This document shows positions 25,191 to 40,193 of a stretch of 64,000 bases of DNA, piece after piece (the first letter of the stretch is position 1; each line of letters opens with the position of its first letter). Location: contig MU054187.1 in NCBI GenBank assembly GCA_013239625.1, positions 14,604,974 through 14,668,973 of the forward strand, in the 5' to 3' direction. The notes beneath the pieces were generated by a model. That model made no database searches and was not told the DNA's origin. It worked only from the letters and a program-made list of their open reading frames with translations. The DNA is from Lama guanicoe (lineage: Eukaryota). The translations under genes were made by a program, and so were the position numbers.

Positions 25191-28100
25191 CTGAAACCAA
25201 AAAGAGTTTAAATAGATAAGAAGTTGTAAAACAGAAAAACATAGGGGGGAAATATTTTAATAAAAGCTTTAGTAAAATTACTACAGAATACATAAAAAAA
25301 ATTGTCATAATTGAAAGAATAATATATGCCAGGAAATGTAGACTCTTGACACTAAAATTGTTTAAAAAAAAAAATAGGGAGTGCTCATGTGTGGTTTGGG
25401 TTAGGTTCCAACAAGATCACTAGAGAATGACTATTAACCAAAAGTGGCAGCATTATGTTATAAAGAAATTTGGTTTCATTTATCTTATCTCCCTAGAAAT
25501 AATTTAATAATTACTTTTGTGAGCTAATCAAAACAGATAAGTCTACCTAACTAGGTTTGTCTGAGAAACTCTAGCTTTCAAACTTCCACAGAAGATCACT
25601 GTTTTCCTATAAAATAGAATCAAGGACAGACCAAAGGATTCAGTTTCCTAACAGTATGTAAGAGCAAAAAGGGGGAAAAGCTACACTGGCATTTCTGCTA
25701 CACATATGTCCCGACTAGCACAGTATTAGAAGCACATGGCAGCTCTATAAGGGAGTTACTTCAGTAATAGTGATGTCAGCAACACTGAAGATAGGTTATG
25801 GAAGAGAATCTTCTTGAAAACTGTTGGATGTTGATCGGACACAGGAAATACGTACATCTACAAACATCTGGAAACATGACAAATCTGTATTAAAGCCACT
25901 GAGGGCAGGTTAGTAGATAATATGATAGGCCCAACCAAAACACAGCGGTGAACATGACGACCTAGGCAGCAGGAAGGAGAACTGGCAGCCCACCTGGCAC
26001 TTCTAAAACTCATGTACGTAACTATGATCTAACCTTCACATAGTAAAGAAATCATGAAATTACATGCCTACTTCAAAGAACAGATGATCTGCTGCTGTTT
26101 GTCCTGCAAAGTCATAACCTGTGTTCATGCAGGATAAACTGTTACTACTGTAACAAATGATGTCATAAACTCAATTTATCTATTTACTAGAATCCAACAT
26201 TTCAAAAAGAATGTAAGAAAGAAAAAAATAATACTCATTCTATTTGCTTATGTCAAGAATATAAGCAAACTGTTAAGTGATAAGGAGATACGGTTCTTAA
26301 AAAATAAAGTAACTATACAAAAAGATGGACCACCCAAATTGTTTTAGGAATGGAATACAAGCTGGAAAGCTTGGACTATCTCTATTACAAGGGCACTGAG
26401 AATAAAGGGTAGGTTACTGAAAGGCCCCTGGTCTCAATATTAGAAATTACCTTTAATCTGACATACTAACATGATGGAATTAAGTGCCTCCAGCTTAGGG
26501 AACCATTCTTGATTGTGAAAAAGGAAACAGAATGAAAGAATCATGACTAAGTAACGCCGATAGTAAAATTAAAATTTGTATTCAGAGAGTTGAATATTAA
26601 AGTGAAACTCACAGAACTATGTCTACCACAGAATAAAATTCACTTGTTTTAATACAAGAGATTTTGGCAAATATTTGAAAGACTTTTTAAAACTTATATG
26701 GAGCTAGATTCCCCTCCACGCCAAAGGAAGTTTTCCCTTCATCTTAGTAACCTAGTACTTAGCACAGTAACAATAGCACATAGTAGGTACATAATAATAT
26801 CTGAATTTTACCTTATTTCACTAAACTAATGCTGCCAGAATTCTGACTTTCAGATTATCATTTTGGTTGAATTATAATTTACAGATTATCATATAATATT
26901 GCTTATCAATAATTTAAATAGAATGATTAGTCTTACATTAACTATGCAACTAACGCTAGCAGCAGACAACTAGAAGGTGAGGGGAATGATGAGGGTTAGA
27001 AAAGGTTGAAAGAGAGAACAAAATCATTTTCTAGTTTTTAATAGTAAACCATTACATTTAAATGTAAACAAAACTAATGATCATAAAGCACATGCAAGGG
27101 CCATGTGCAGGCACTACTGATGTTCATCTTAACTTCTCTTATTAAATCCTATAGTTACAGCCTCATCTTTCTGAAGATGTTAAACGTTAAGAGGGACAGA
27201 GAAGCCCTCGTAACTGTAAACTACTCTGTTCCACACCTAAAAGTTTAAAACCTGTATGTGAGTTGGGAGTGGAGATGGAGAAACAGTAAAGTATGGAAGC
27301 AATAAATGAGTAAGACTTGTCTCCAAGCCCTTGGGGTTAACAAAAGCTCAAGTGTAGCCTAAAATCCAGCTTAGAAAAGCTAACGGCAAAGAGGAAAATC
27401 AAGTTAAAAGGTGATACTAACATTAGATAATACGTACCCTGTTTCATCTAAAACGTATGTTTTTTTTTTTTAACTATTTCTGAATGAGGATACCTGTCTT
27501 TCAACTAATGGTATATCATAGTTCAATTGCCAGAAGTTTCTTTTTTCTTCTTGTAGCACATAAAATTGTACATTAAGGACTCTTATGTCCCAATTTTTAA
27601 AATATATACAATTTAACCCATTGTTTCCCATTCTTATTTGAACAAAGAATTTTTTTTTTAACCTAACACCAAGAAACCTCTTATAGAACTAACATTCCAA
27701 GAAACTCACCTTGCAAACACTGGCTTAGAGTATTTCAAAAACTAGATAACCTACCATTTAAAAATGAAGTACTAACTTAGATGTTCTCTAAATATTAATT
27801 AAATAAAAAAAATAGTTCAATTTGGAGAATACAGGGGGAAAAAAAACACTAAAATAAATAACCCCACAGCTCCCTATTCTCTAAGGCAAATTTGTTTCTC
27901 CTTTAAAAATAATAAAAAAGGACACCCTCCTGGAGAAGAGAGGCTTTAAAACATAGAAATACATGAATACTGAGCTACACTAACCCTCAAACAAGAATGA
28001 GAAGAGGGCCAGAAATGCAGAGAGGGTTTAGATAGTTTAAAAGGGTATTCTAAATTTAACTCATGATTTTTCTTTCTGGTCTTTCTCCCCTTTCTCCATC

Positions 28101-28595
28101 AGACACAGAATCTGAAGATCAGTAAAAGAGAGTAAGAGGAAAAGTCCTGACAATTCTACTGGTAATTTAGTCCTCCTCCTTCAAACTAGTCTCTGTGATA
28201 GGAAAGCTCTGGATCCTGGGACATTCCCTAAAAGAGGCTGATGGGGTGGGAGCCAGCAGAGGGGAGAAGGCAGCTACAATGCTTGTTCCCGGGGCTTTCC
28301 CATGTGAAATCTAGAAACAATAATTTCTTGCACACTTTTGTCCTGTGCATGCTTACGGAAATAAAATTCAGACTCTTTAAGAACATCTGCAGAAATTTCC
28401 TGTTTAAGAAATATAAAACAATGTCTGATTTCTATTATCAAATTATTTTCCAATCTGTTACTAAACATGACATTCCCTATAACTTCATAATAAAAAGCAT
28501 TAAGTCCTTCCTTCAAATAAATTAAATATTAATATAGTTTCTGTACCTAAACTAAAAGAAGAGATATTACCTGGAATAATTCTGTAAAGTCCTAC

Positions 28596-28751
28596 CTTTT
28601 CTTTGCAGCTGGAAAGCATGCTAATAATGCTAAGACAAACTGACTGGACTGAGAGCGCTGGGGACCAGTCTTCTGTTAGAATGGATAAACAGATATGACC
28701 ATTGCTATAAACATGAGGATGAACGGGAATATTTTCACCAGTAAACATGAC
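28596..28751 (-). CDS. UBE2W: UBE2W coding exon 4, catalytic ([52 protein letters not shown])
   Basis: cttag|GTCATG...GAAAAG|gtagga; 156 nt. Contains HPH (His83 codon 28713-28715) and catalytic Cys91 (28689-28691). Mostly visible in ORF 28500..28748. Confidence 0.98.
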
Positions 28752-31700
28752 CTAAGAAAGAACAAAATTCCATTAACACTCAAATGTTCCGTTTACCCAA
28801 AAACATTCTCCATATAAGTTAATATTTTAAAAACCAAATTGAAAACAAACAAAATCAATGCCAGGAACAAGATAACTGCTTGTAGTTTATTCTCATCAAC
28901 TCAGTAAGTACCAGTTTCACTGTACGAATACCATGTAGTAAAGGAAAACCCCAGATTATCTATTTTATATTCAGCTATTTTTCATAAATTTTCTTTAAAA
29001 AATTTCTAAATTATCATTTATTTTTAGACTAGTGAAAAACAAAAATGTTTTTTCAAATTTTACTCATTGTTCTCTGAATACAGAAATCAAATACACTAAA
29101 ATTTCAAATGCAAATATTCAGTTTTAAGACAATATGAATTACGTGCGGTAGGAGCACCCCCTTCCACCTACAACAACATTATCACCTAAGGTGCTATCTG
29201 CAAAAGGAAATGGCTGCTGTATGTTCCACCTCACCTAAACTCATACTTGCATTATGGTGGGTACAAATTACTACTTATTTATCATCAAATATCTATGTGC
29301 CCAGATTAAAAAAAAAAAAGAAAAAAGTTTAGTGAGTCTCCCAATTACTTGCTGTTTTTCTCTGCTTTTTCTTTTACTCAATTCTTCTAATAGTTTTTCC
29401 CTTTCTCCATCTTGCCTCAGCACTGTTTTGAAAGGTAATATATCTATTATTTCCTTCCTTTGTCCTAATAATTCAATACCCTAATAGTACAGTTTCTTAA
29501 ACATATCTACCTAAGCATCCGAATAGGTGGAAGAGTAAAGTCATATATCCTGAGGAAAACGTAAGCATAGCCCAAAGTAGGTCAGAGAGGAGAAGTCTTA
29601 CCCTTAAGGCAGTTCATAATAAATCATTTCCTTTGATATAAAAATTAACCCATCAGTCCTTTAAGTGAACTTTACACTGCAGTAAGATGTACCTTTTTTA
29701 TTCCATTGCTTAGTGGTAATTCCTATTTCCTGACCTGGCCTTCAAAAAAAAAAAAAATCACCTGAAGATACGGCTAAAAATACAAATTCAAGGGCCCCAT
29801 CTTCACAGATTCTGACTCAGTAGGTATGATGGCATTTTTATAAAACTCATCCAACATAAACTAGTAGTTCCCAAACCAGACTTACAGTGTATCTCAGCCC
29901 TGCAAACTGCCTCATGTTCGAATATAGCATAATCTCAGTAAGGAGAAGCCCTACCTGAAGTGATAACAGAAATTAATAAAATACACTACTCCAGTCATAC
30001 CCTTTTCCGCCCTTTATAAAGCAGAAAATAGAGCAAGTGAAATAAGTGTGGCCAGTATAAGGTATACCATATTTTAACACGGAATATGTTATGAGAAATC
30101 ACCATAAGCTAGGTTTTCCTTTTATTTTTAAATATCTAGCTACAGATATAATTTTATTACAATTTACAAATATTTACATTCAACAAAGCATTCTTTCATA
30201 GTAGCAGCAGTCTCTAAAATTTCAAATATACTACTAACATATGGGACTCATTTCCTTGGCTGAAGCTAATATAAGATACCAAGAGAAAGTTTTTCTCAAA
30301 GGAATGACTTTACACACTGCATTTTTTTTCCCTTTATAATTCTGGCCATCCACTCTCCATACCTATGAACAAAGAGCTAAAGTAAAGCTAAAAATTCAAA
30401 GTAAAGTCTTAACACAAGAGATATCAAGTTGCTTGTCCTGACCAATTGCAGGAGACCCCCTGAAAGAGCTGGGCACAACTGCGTTCAAAGCATAATTTAT
30501 CTCAGTTATATCAGTGCTGGTGTCTTTTTCATCACTTTTTGCTAAAAAAAAACCCAAAAACCTGCTGCCCTGCAAAAGAAAATGACTGCCTAACTGGTCT
30601 AGCAGCTGCATGGCTCTATCCACAATTATTTTTAAATTAATTTTTAATAAATATGAACTACATATTAGATTATATGCATTTGATATTCCCACAATGTGTC
30701 ATGGATGTCTAGAGTGGGAATTTACAAATCTCACAGAATATGCATCTGCTGTGGAGTATTCATTTTGCCCAAAATGCCACCTGACTAGCAGGATATCTTC
30801 CTTAAGAACAAAAGCAGTGCCCAAGAGAGCTTATTCCCTGGCCACAAGTATTTTTAAAGGCTATTTCTTTTCCAGTAAGGTCTCTTTTTAAACAAGTCAT
30901 GTAGAACAGTGCTCTGAAAGTGCCAAAAAGTACGAACTTCCAAACTATCTTCTTTGGCAAAATCGAATCAATATATCAGCAACCATCAAGGAAAATACAC
31001 AGATAGCCAAACAAAAGGTTATCGTGACATGCTTTGACTAGCCAATTCACAGAGCAGAAGAAAAGCAGTATTCTTGGAGAGAAATGTACTATAAATGAAA
31101 TCTCTTGGCCATGAACCAAAGGAAAGGAGAAAAGAGAAAGGAAGAGACTGGGTGGCATGACAGACACCTGCAGAAGAAGCAACAGGTGTTCTCTGAGCAG
31201 AGAAGAGAGCCAGAAGTCAAGAAGACAAAAACTGTTTTGAAATTTGAGGGGACTGAAATAAAAATAAATCAGATCTCAATAACACTTGGGGGGGGGCAGG
31301 GGCTTTTAAACCTGTTGCATGCAGGGGAAATGCAGCAGCTTAAAACTTCTAGCAACCAAAACTAGGGGAATTAATTTGTTGCACATAGTATAGAGTAACC
31401 TATAGGGCCAAACCGCCAAATACAGATTTTTAGAAATTCATCTAAATATGGAAAGGCTGAGTTTACATGCCAGAGATGAATTTCTGAAATACAACAAAAA
31501 ACTTTTTTTCAACAGTTTACTCATGTAAAGGGCTGGTAAGTGTTTGCATAGATAATTTTGATGTAAACTTTGCTATTCTGATTCTCTCTGCATGTGATGG
31601 AAGAGTCACCAAGGCTGAATTTCTTCAAGGTCACACCCTTTAACTATCCTCATTTTAATATGCAGTACAAGCCAAAGGAGGAAATGGACATTTCAGTATT

Positions 31701-34700
31701 TTTAATGCAGCCAAGTTGGTTTTGAAAAATTAAAGAGGCTTTAAGTTGTTTCCAGAGTTCAAATAACTTTTAGAGTCCCAAGTAGCTGATAAACTATCTA
31801 AAACAGATGTGACAACTGAACACAATGAATCTGAAACCAAAGGAAATAAAGAACTCTGTTAATTTATTTTTTAAACAATTTATTCAGATTCAAACTAGTC
31901 ATATAGATTAAACAGCAACCAGAGACTGCACACATTCTCCATTGCATAAACCCAACTGAGTAAAAAGGAATTACATATTTTTAGGAATAAGCTATTTAAA
32001 GGAAAAAGTCACAATTTTAGAACAGGATCTTAGATCTAGTGCATATGAACCACACCTCCAGTTCTGAGTCTGCATTAGAAGCAGTCCTTAGATGTCTCTA
32101 AATTTCCACACATCTTCTTATCAGTCCGGTTCGAATGCAACACCCTCATTCCTCTTTTCTACTTTTTTCCACCATCCTCCATACTGTGTAAATTTTACTT
32201 TTTGTTTTGTCTTTTTCTACAAGAATACAAACTCCACATAAGGAGGTTTGGGGAGGGGCATTTTGTTCACCACAGAATTGCCAACACCTAGTAAAGCATC
32301 TGTCCTATGACATATGCTTAGTAAATACTTACAACAGAATGAATGAATAAATGTCTACCCAAAACTAAACAGATTATCAGCTTTTTAAAGGCAGCCCCAA
32401 TTCCTTTTTAATTTCTGTGCTCTCTCCCATTTTTAAAGGACACAATTCATGCTCGATACATGTTAAATTAACCAACCATTTGCCTATACCCTAGCATAGG
32501 AAAATAGAATATACTGTTTAGAATTTCATTTTCTATAAGGCCGATGGTGAGTGCACATCAGTAGAAAAGAGTGATGAAAGGTGCCTCCTCTCTATTCTCA
32601 TAATAACTGAAAAAGTTTTTTGTTCTTGTTTTTGTTCTTTTTTATGTAAATAACTGGGCCAAACACCAGGTTTTACATAGCCAGCTTTTTCACTGTAAAG
32701 TGAGATACATAAGAAATTAATTATAACTAGCAAGGAAAAAAAAACCACAGCAAACTATAAATTTATGTATAGTCTTACAGATCTCATTTACAGATACAAA
32801 AGTAACAATTTCAGTGAGGCTCATTTATTCTAGGGATATATCCCCAAATTCTACTCTTTTAAGTAGTGCTAAATTTAGTACTGCTTATTGCATAGGAAAA
32901 TAAAAGACTAATTACCTAACAAGTGCCGATGTTTTCATCTCTCATCAAATAAAATCTCTGGTGAATGGGGAGTTTTACTGTCCTAGAGTGGTTCCAGCCA
33001 CTTATCTAGAGCAATGGACCGCCAGAAAGTTTTACTTCTCAGAAAAATCTTGAAATCCATATGTACATCAAGCTTTGATTACTGGACCCATTTTAATTAT
33101 TTTATAACCATACAGATAATGTGATTAATATAATTTAAAAATAATTTAGAAGTACTACTGGACTCACAGTGCTCTGTCATTTCCTCAATCGTAGATGTTA
33201 GAATATACAACTTCTCTGACACGGGAGGGACCACAAAATTAACTGATATTAAAAAGGAATCCTCACATTCCAAATGGGAACAACTGCCCTAGAGTTTCCA
33301 CATCATTCAACATGTGATCTTTCACTTTCAGAGATAACATTACTTAATGGATAAACAGGCATTTTCCCCATGCTGGAACTTACACCTAATTGGCAGTATG
33401 GGGAAGAAGTGATTTGGGTTTGAGTCTTGACTGCTCTAGTGGTTAGATTTTAAACCAGAAACAAGACACTTCACTTTCTATAAGCTTCAATTTCCTCACA
33501 TAAAATGAGGATGAATTCACCTCCGCGAACCACTTCATTAAGAACTGTTACAAGACAAAATCAGAATGAAAGTTACATTAATAAAGTATGATGCAAATAT
33601 TAAACTATATAATAGAAGGCATGGAGGCAATGTGTGGCTGAAAGGGTTAAGTTCAGACTTGACCTTAAAGGGACCTGAATGCTAAATAAGCTAAAGAGTT
33701 TTTAGATTTGACTCCACAGGAAATAAGAACCATCAGAGGATTTACCGAGGCAGGCTGGGTGGTAGTGGCCGGTGTATATGTGAAAATCAATGAAGTAATG
33801 TGCCTTCAGAGAAATCTAATGGTTTTGTGAAATTCACTTGTGAAAGGATGGCCAGGAGTGTAAAGAACTAGAGGTTATTTTGTAATAATCAAAATGAAAG
33901 CTAAAAACTTGGGACCACAGCACTGACAGTAAAATAAAAAAACAGGTGGACTGACTTCAGTCTGTGAAAGTATCTGAGAGTGAGGGGAAGGAAAGAAATT
34001 TAACACGAGCAGATAGGTCGACAGTAACCCAAGAAAAAAAATTCTTTTTTCTTTGTTTTATTTTGTTATTAGAAAAGAATGAGTGTAGATGTGTTAAATT
34101 TGGGGCATCTGGAGGTATGCCAGTAGAGACTTTCAGCAAGGGTGTGAAATTAAACCTCAGAAAGAAGAGATTGTGCATGGAGCTGTAGATCGTGGAGTCA
34201 GCAATTTAAAATGGTCAAAGACTTTAAAGAGTGAGAAGAATAAGGGAGCACTGAATAAAGAACCTGGAGGACACCAAAATCAGGCGAGCAAGCAGGAGTA
34301 AAACCAGGGAAGGAGAATAAAAAAGAATATGAGATAAGATGATAGAATTAACTTACAAAGTCAGTTTCTAACTTATAGAAATATTAAAGATGAAATTCAA
34401 ATGATGCTTAAGTTTGACATTTGATTTAGAATTAAAAACTCAGAAGAGCTCAGAGAACACTTTTGACTTGGTTTCATGTTTAGTGAAATATTATTTTCCT
34501 CTGATGAAAAATCTGAGTTCCCAGAGCAAGCCTTCAACATTCCCTAAGGCAGAGTTTCTGAGTTGGTGAGTCGTGTTCTTCCTTCACAGGCCTTCAACAA
34601 GCTCAGATGAAGTGACGCGGAAGAACAGGTGGAAGGTGACAAGCGGGTCCTGAAACCCTACTGACTTTCAGCAGTAACAGTCAGAAATGATGCTGATAAA

Positions 34701-35849
34701 CCAGAAGGCAACAAAAGAAAGTGAGGATCACTTCCTGGAGAGAAGGAAGACATTTGCTTTGGTTTATGATTACAGTCTACAGATCATGGAGGCCTAGAGG
34801 TCACAGTAATATACACCTCTTCACCTTATTTTATGATAAAAATGAGCCCCCAATATCTTAATTTTCTGCTCACATGAAAACTTTAGAACTCAGGGAGTCA
34901 GTTTCCATTTAATTCAACGCTTTAAAACAATTCTCTGTATCTGTAGCACAATACAATAACTGACTTCCACCTGTACTTCTACATAGCCAAGAGAAGATTA
35001 AGCTTTTTGGTATACTCTACTTAAAACAATAATGAAATATGATTTTCCTCAAAAGTGGCATATTTTAGCACTTAACATGTTGAATTTTAGGTTATTTGAG
35101 AAATTTGATTATCCAGAACACCACATTACCCAGAAATGCTACACAGAGTTGGGCATTAAGTCTTATCATTTTGCTACTAGTAACTCATTTACGCATCTTA
35201 CCAAGCCAGAAATCTGGAATTCATCCTAGAGTCTCCTGTTCTCTAACCTCCAAAGATTAATCATTCACCACAGTTAAACAGTTCTCAGAAATGTTCCTTT
35301 ACCACTGTTATCCCTCATCCAAGTTTTAAGCCTTTAACGAAACTGACTGTGCCTCAAATTATAATGATCAGATTCGGGGCTGACGTCTAGATAGTTACTG
35401 TCTTGTAACACATACTGCCCTTGCAGTTCTAAAAGGCTGCAAAAGATAGCATGCCAATGGAAATCAAAGAAGTGCTACATCTAACAAAGCACCTGCCTCT
35501 TCACAATGTCATTCTATCATCATCTTATCTAGAAAATGTGCCTCCAGTTATTCCAAAATGCTAAGTCCTCCCACAACCCATGGGCCTGGGTTAGCTTTCC
35601 ATACCTTTTTTCTGCTTAACACATATGGATAAGAAACAGACTTTAAGTTCCTGGAAGTACAAAAGCAAAGCCTTAATCTCAATAAAGTAGAATGTTCATA
35701 TGATCTTGATTATATTACATGTAAGATAAAGGAATAAATCTATTCACATAATTATAATGAATTTCTTTTAAAAGTTTTTACTTAGTCAAAAATCACTAAT
35801 TTAGCATTTTTCTATAAATCTAAAAATTTCTTAAAAGCAAGGCAGTTAC

Positions 35850-35952
35850 CTGAGGAGAGTCAAAAGGATATCGACTACTAAACTTAAATAGAAGTTGAAA
35901 TTTTTCCCCTTCATATAAGGTACCTGGTGCACCTTCCATGTCTACAATCCAC
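35850..35952 (-). CDS. UBE2W: UBE2W coding exon 3 (WIVDMEGAPGTLYEGEKFQLLFKFSSRYPFDSPQ)
   Basis: tattctag|GTGGATTGTA...CCTCAG|gtaact; 103 nt; UBC-fold motifs GxxGTxYEG and YPFxxP. Confidence 0.97.
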
Positions 35953-37339
35953 CTAGAATAGAAAAAATAAATAAATAAACTTCAGTTAAAAAGGATTGGG
36001 GTGAGCAGGAGAAAAAAGAAAGTCAAGAATTCCACAATGGCAGGCAGTGGGACAGGAGTCATTCACGTTCACCCTCCCAATAATTGTAATAGTAGGCCCT
36101 ATTCCCCGCTCTGACATTCTAGGGTTAAATAACTAGATCAAAGTCAGACAGCTAGCAAAGGAAAGAGGCAAATTTTAGGCCAGAATTGAAAAAACCAAAC
36201 CCAACTCTGGTGTGCTGACACCAAAGCCTGCACTCTTCCTATTAATTTATGCTATCTTATTTTTTCAGACTATCTCTACAATGATGGAAAAGATTTTATA
36301 GATAATATCAAACTAATCAACTGCCTTTCTGACATCAATTATTTTAGAAGCTATGAGAGAAGATGATCTCAGCAATGACTACAGAAAACTGTAGCTGTCA
36401 GACCAATTTTCTCATCAGTATGCTAGGGAAGGCTAAACAGGAAAAAGGAAACTAAACTGACATCAGTCCACTTACTCTGATGGCTACCCAAGGATCTATA
36501 AGGCCTTTTCTTTGTCTCTCATTATATTTAGACTGTTTAATAAAACCCAAAACAGATTTCTATGGCATTACTCTGTTTTCATATATAACAAATCACAAGT
36601 ATAAATCTGTTTATAATTATATTCTATATACTATCTCTTGTTCCTTTAAATCAAAAGTGGGGGTAGAGAAATAAGAGATTATTATGGCAAAGATGACGGG
36701 GCAGAATTTAGAAACAAAATGAGTTCCTAATTATAGCTATGCCACTTAAAATTTTTGTATACTTGGGCAATTCCTTTCATCTCATACTTTTCAAGTATAA
36801 AAATTTATTATTTTAAATAAAGGGAAATAAAAGAACAAGATTACAGTATTAGGGTTCTATTCAGCACCCCACATACTATGGACTTAGGAGTAATGTAAAA
36901 TAATAAATGTCCCTACTTTCTGACAGCTATCAATTAACACATACAGACCCTTAAGAGCATGGCTATTCATTTTCAGAATGCATGCTAAATACTTATGTGG
37001 TAATAAAAGGTAAGGCCACAGATCCAAGAGGCAATATTTTACAGTAAAATTAAACAGGTCTGACCCTCAACTAGCTGTATGGCCATGAGAAAGCTGTTTA
37101 ACTTCTCCTGTTTTAAGTATTTTATTGTAAAATAGATATTTTAAAAAAATTATCTGTTAAAGTTTAAAAAAAAAAAAGGTAGTCACCTCAAAGTGTTGTT
37201 GGAAAAGATAAACAACATTACATATTAAAAAAAACTAGCACATTCTAGACATCAGAGCCAGTACACAGTAAATTTACTACAATGCAAAAATTGCATTTAA
37301 AAACACAAAACTGAAAACCTAGTCTCTTTAAAACTAGGT

Positions 37340-37706
37340 CCTTCCTCCTAATCAAACTTACAAGCTTTTGCATAGCAAAGGAAACCATAAACAAAACAAA
37401 AAAAACAACCTAAGGACTGGGACAAAATATCTGCAAATGTATATTTTGGAAATTAAGCCCTGTTGGTCTTAATTTCCAAAATATACAAACAGATCACACA
37501 GCTCAATAGTAGGGGGGAAAAAATTTAAAAAAAAGGGGGGGGGCAGAAGGCCTAAAGAGATATTTCTCCAAAGACGACACACAGATGGCCAACAGGCACA
37601 TGAAAAGATTCTCCACATCAGTAATTAATAGAGAAATGCAAATCAAAATTACAATGAAGTATCACTTCACACCTGTCAGAATGGCCATCATCAAAATGTC
37701 TACAAG
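37340..37706 (+). mobile_element. L1 ORF2 3' fragment
   Basis: 'aaacttacaagcttttgcatagcaaaggaaaccataaacaaaac', 'agaaatgcaaatcaaaattacaatgaagtatcacttcacacctgtcagaatggcc'. Confidence 0.85.
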
Positions 37707-38544
37707 TAATTTTTGCCTTACATGGTGACTATGGACTATAACCTAGGAGTGCCATCTCACTGTACTACATTGAGAAACCACTTCTCTGTTTAATTAGTTT
37801 TTAATCTTTCTATGTTTCTGCTCCTACCTTAGAAAGAAATTAATCTTTCTGTATCTCTTTCTACCTTAGGATGGCATAGAGGTTTATTTATTAGGTCAAA
37901 GAATATGATACTCGTATTTTTTTAAGGTGTTAATACATGCTACCAAACTGTCTTCCACAAAGTTTAATGTGCTTTCATCATCTTCCTTACCCATATCTCC
38001 ATCCCATATAATCCCACTCAAACAACTCTTTTAAGATCTGATTTTTGTAAGATTATTTTTATATCTTGGAAGATGGTCCAAAAATAATAAAAATCTTTGT
38101 GGTTCACTTACAATAAATCATTTTAAAAGAAAAATCCCTGCCTGACAAAATCTCAAAGTGACAGGTTTATTCTGTAGCGAAGATATTATTTTGGTAGTTA
38201 TAATTTGTGGTAGAACTATCTATAAAAAGTTTCTATTTTTAAAAACATAAAAGTCTTTCAAGTTTTTATAAATCATTGTGTTCTGTAGTTTCTTCCCACT
38301 CCCAAAAACGAAAAGGCTGAAAGTAGAAGCGATTGTTATCAATTTCCTTGAAAACTATAGGGCTGCTGTCAGAATATTCTATGGCAGGTTAACAAAAGGA
38401 GAAAGGGAAAAGATGAAAGTGGAGTATAATCCATTTGTTTAATGATATAGATCAAAAAACAGTCACTTGTTTAATTATATAGAACAAATTCTTGACACTC
38501 TAAATGTGTGCTCCATTTTCAAAATCTGTTTTAAATAAATGAAA

Positions 38545-39035
38545 AGTCAATTGAGAGCCATAAAAAGACATGGAAGAACCTTAAATGCTTATTATTAAGT
38601 GAAAGAAGCCAATCTGAAAAGGCTACATACTGTGTCATCCCAACTATATAAAACTCTAGAAAAGGGAAAATTATGGAGATAGTAAAAAGATGAGTGGTTG
38701 CCAGAGGTTTGTGGGGAGTGAAGGGAAAGATAAATGGAGAAGCACAGAGAATTTTTAGGGCAGTGAAAATACTGTAAACACCATAAAGATGATACATGTC
38801 ACTACACATTTGTTCAAATTCACAGAATGTACAACACCAAGAGTGAACTGTAATTTAAGTTATAGACTTTGAGTGATTATGACATGTCAGTGCAGGGTCA
38901 TCAGTCGTAACAAATGTACCACTCTGGTGGGGGATGTTGATAAAGACAGAGGCTATGGCATGTGTGGGAGCAGAGGGTGTATGGGAAATCTCTGTACCTT
39001 CTGCTCAGTTTTGCAGTGAATCTATAACTGCTCAA
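38545..39035 (+). mobile_element. L1MC-like 3' end
   Basis: 'aagacatggaagaaccttaaatgc...gaaagaagccaatctgaaaaggctacatactgt', 'gtaacaaatgtaccactctggtgggggatgttgat'. Confidence 0.85.
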
Positions 39036-40101
39036 TCAAGAACCCAGAAATGTTTTAAAGAGATAGTAACAGAGCTAGGGATACATACTACATTTTCAAA
39101 CATCAGTATATCCGTTCAAATACCAACATATCCTTTCTTCATATTCTTGTTCTCAAAGCTTGTCTCCTGTCTTAAGTACTGATCCAAATGACAAAGTCAA
39201 AGGTTAGCCAAAATTGTTTCTTCTGAAAATGAGTGTGTCCCTGTTGTGTGAATTTTGGTTACTTTCACTCTCTGGATCTAGAATATTACCATTTGACCTG
39301 TTCTATTTGTCCTACAAGTTTGTCTATAGTAACTTGTATCTTGTTGGCTTCTATCCCTTCTACATTTTTGGAGATTTTTTTTTTTAAAGGAGTGAGTCAA
39401 TTATTTTAAAATTTAAAATTTCCTATTTTAGAACATTGTCTTGTCTAACAGAATTGTTAAATCAAAGGAGTGGGTTGTGAAATCTTAGGATGTTAACTCT
39501 TGAAAAAATTTCAAACTAATTCAAATGCTCATTTTTAAAAGAGGGTACCTGTATCTCTCTATCCTTCTTGGCACATGTTTGAGAAGAGACTCCTGCTCCA
39601 CTCCTGAGGAAGGAGCTGAATTAGAGAATAATCAATGTCCTTCTTCTACTCCTCACTTCTTCATCCTCATGGAAAAGTTTCTTATCTATTAAATGAAAAT
39701 TCTGAGACTGACATTCATTTAGCTACTCTCCTGTAAAGAAAGCAACTAGTATGTTCAGGGGGCAGGAATGGAGATAGCTCTTGACTATTATTCTCTTCAG
39801 AGCCTCAAATGTTTTTGAAAAATCTGATAAATAACCTCATACCAAACTGCCCTATTACAGATGAAGACCATTTCATAAAAGAGTCAGCCTAAAATTTTTA
39901 AATGCTGCCTCATTAGCAGGAAACTTTCATAAAACAAAACTGTGTATATATATGCATAGAAAAAGATCTGTTTACTCTATCTATCTCTTGGTGGAAGAAA
40001 ATGGGATAAAATGTAAAAATTATTCTGTTTTAAAAAAAGAGTATTCATACATTATATTGATAATAAAAGAAAAACAAATAGTTTAAAATTTAAACACTTA
40101 C

Positions 40102-40193
40102 TGTGTAATTGAATTTTGAACACTCTTTTCATTTAAAGTCATTCCGGGAGGTGGGTCATTTTGCAAAGCCAACAGTTCTTTCTGTAGTCGTTT
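40102..40193 (-). CDS. UBE2W: UBE2W coding exon 2 (KRLQKELLALQNDPPPGMTLNEKSVQNSIT + split Q)
   Basis: tttctag|AAACGACTACAG...ATTACACA|gtaagt; 92 nt; E2 helix-1 motif RLQKEL; phases fit exons 1 and 3. Confidence 0.97.
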
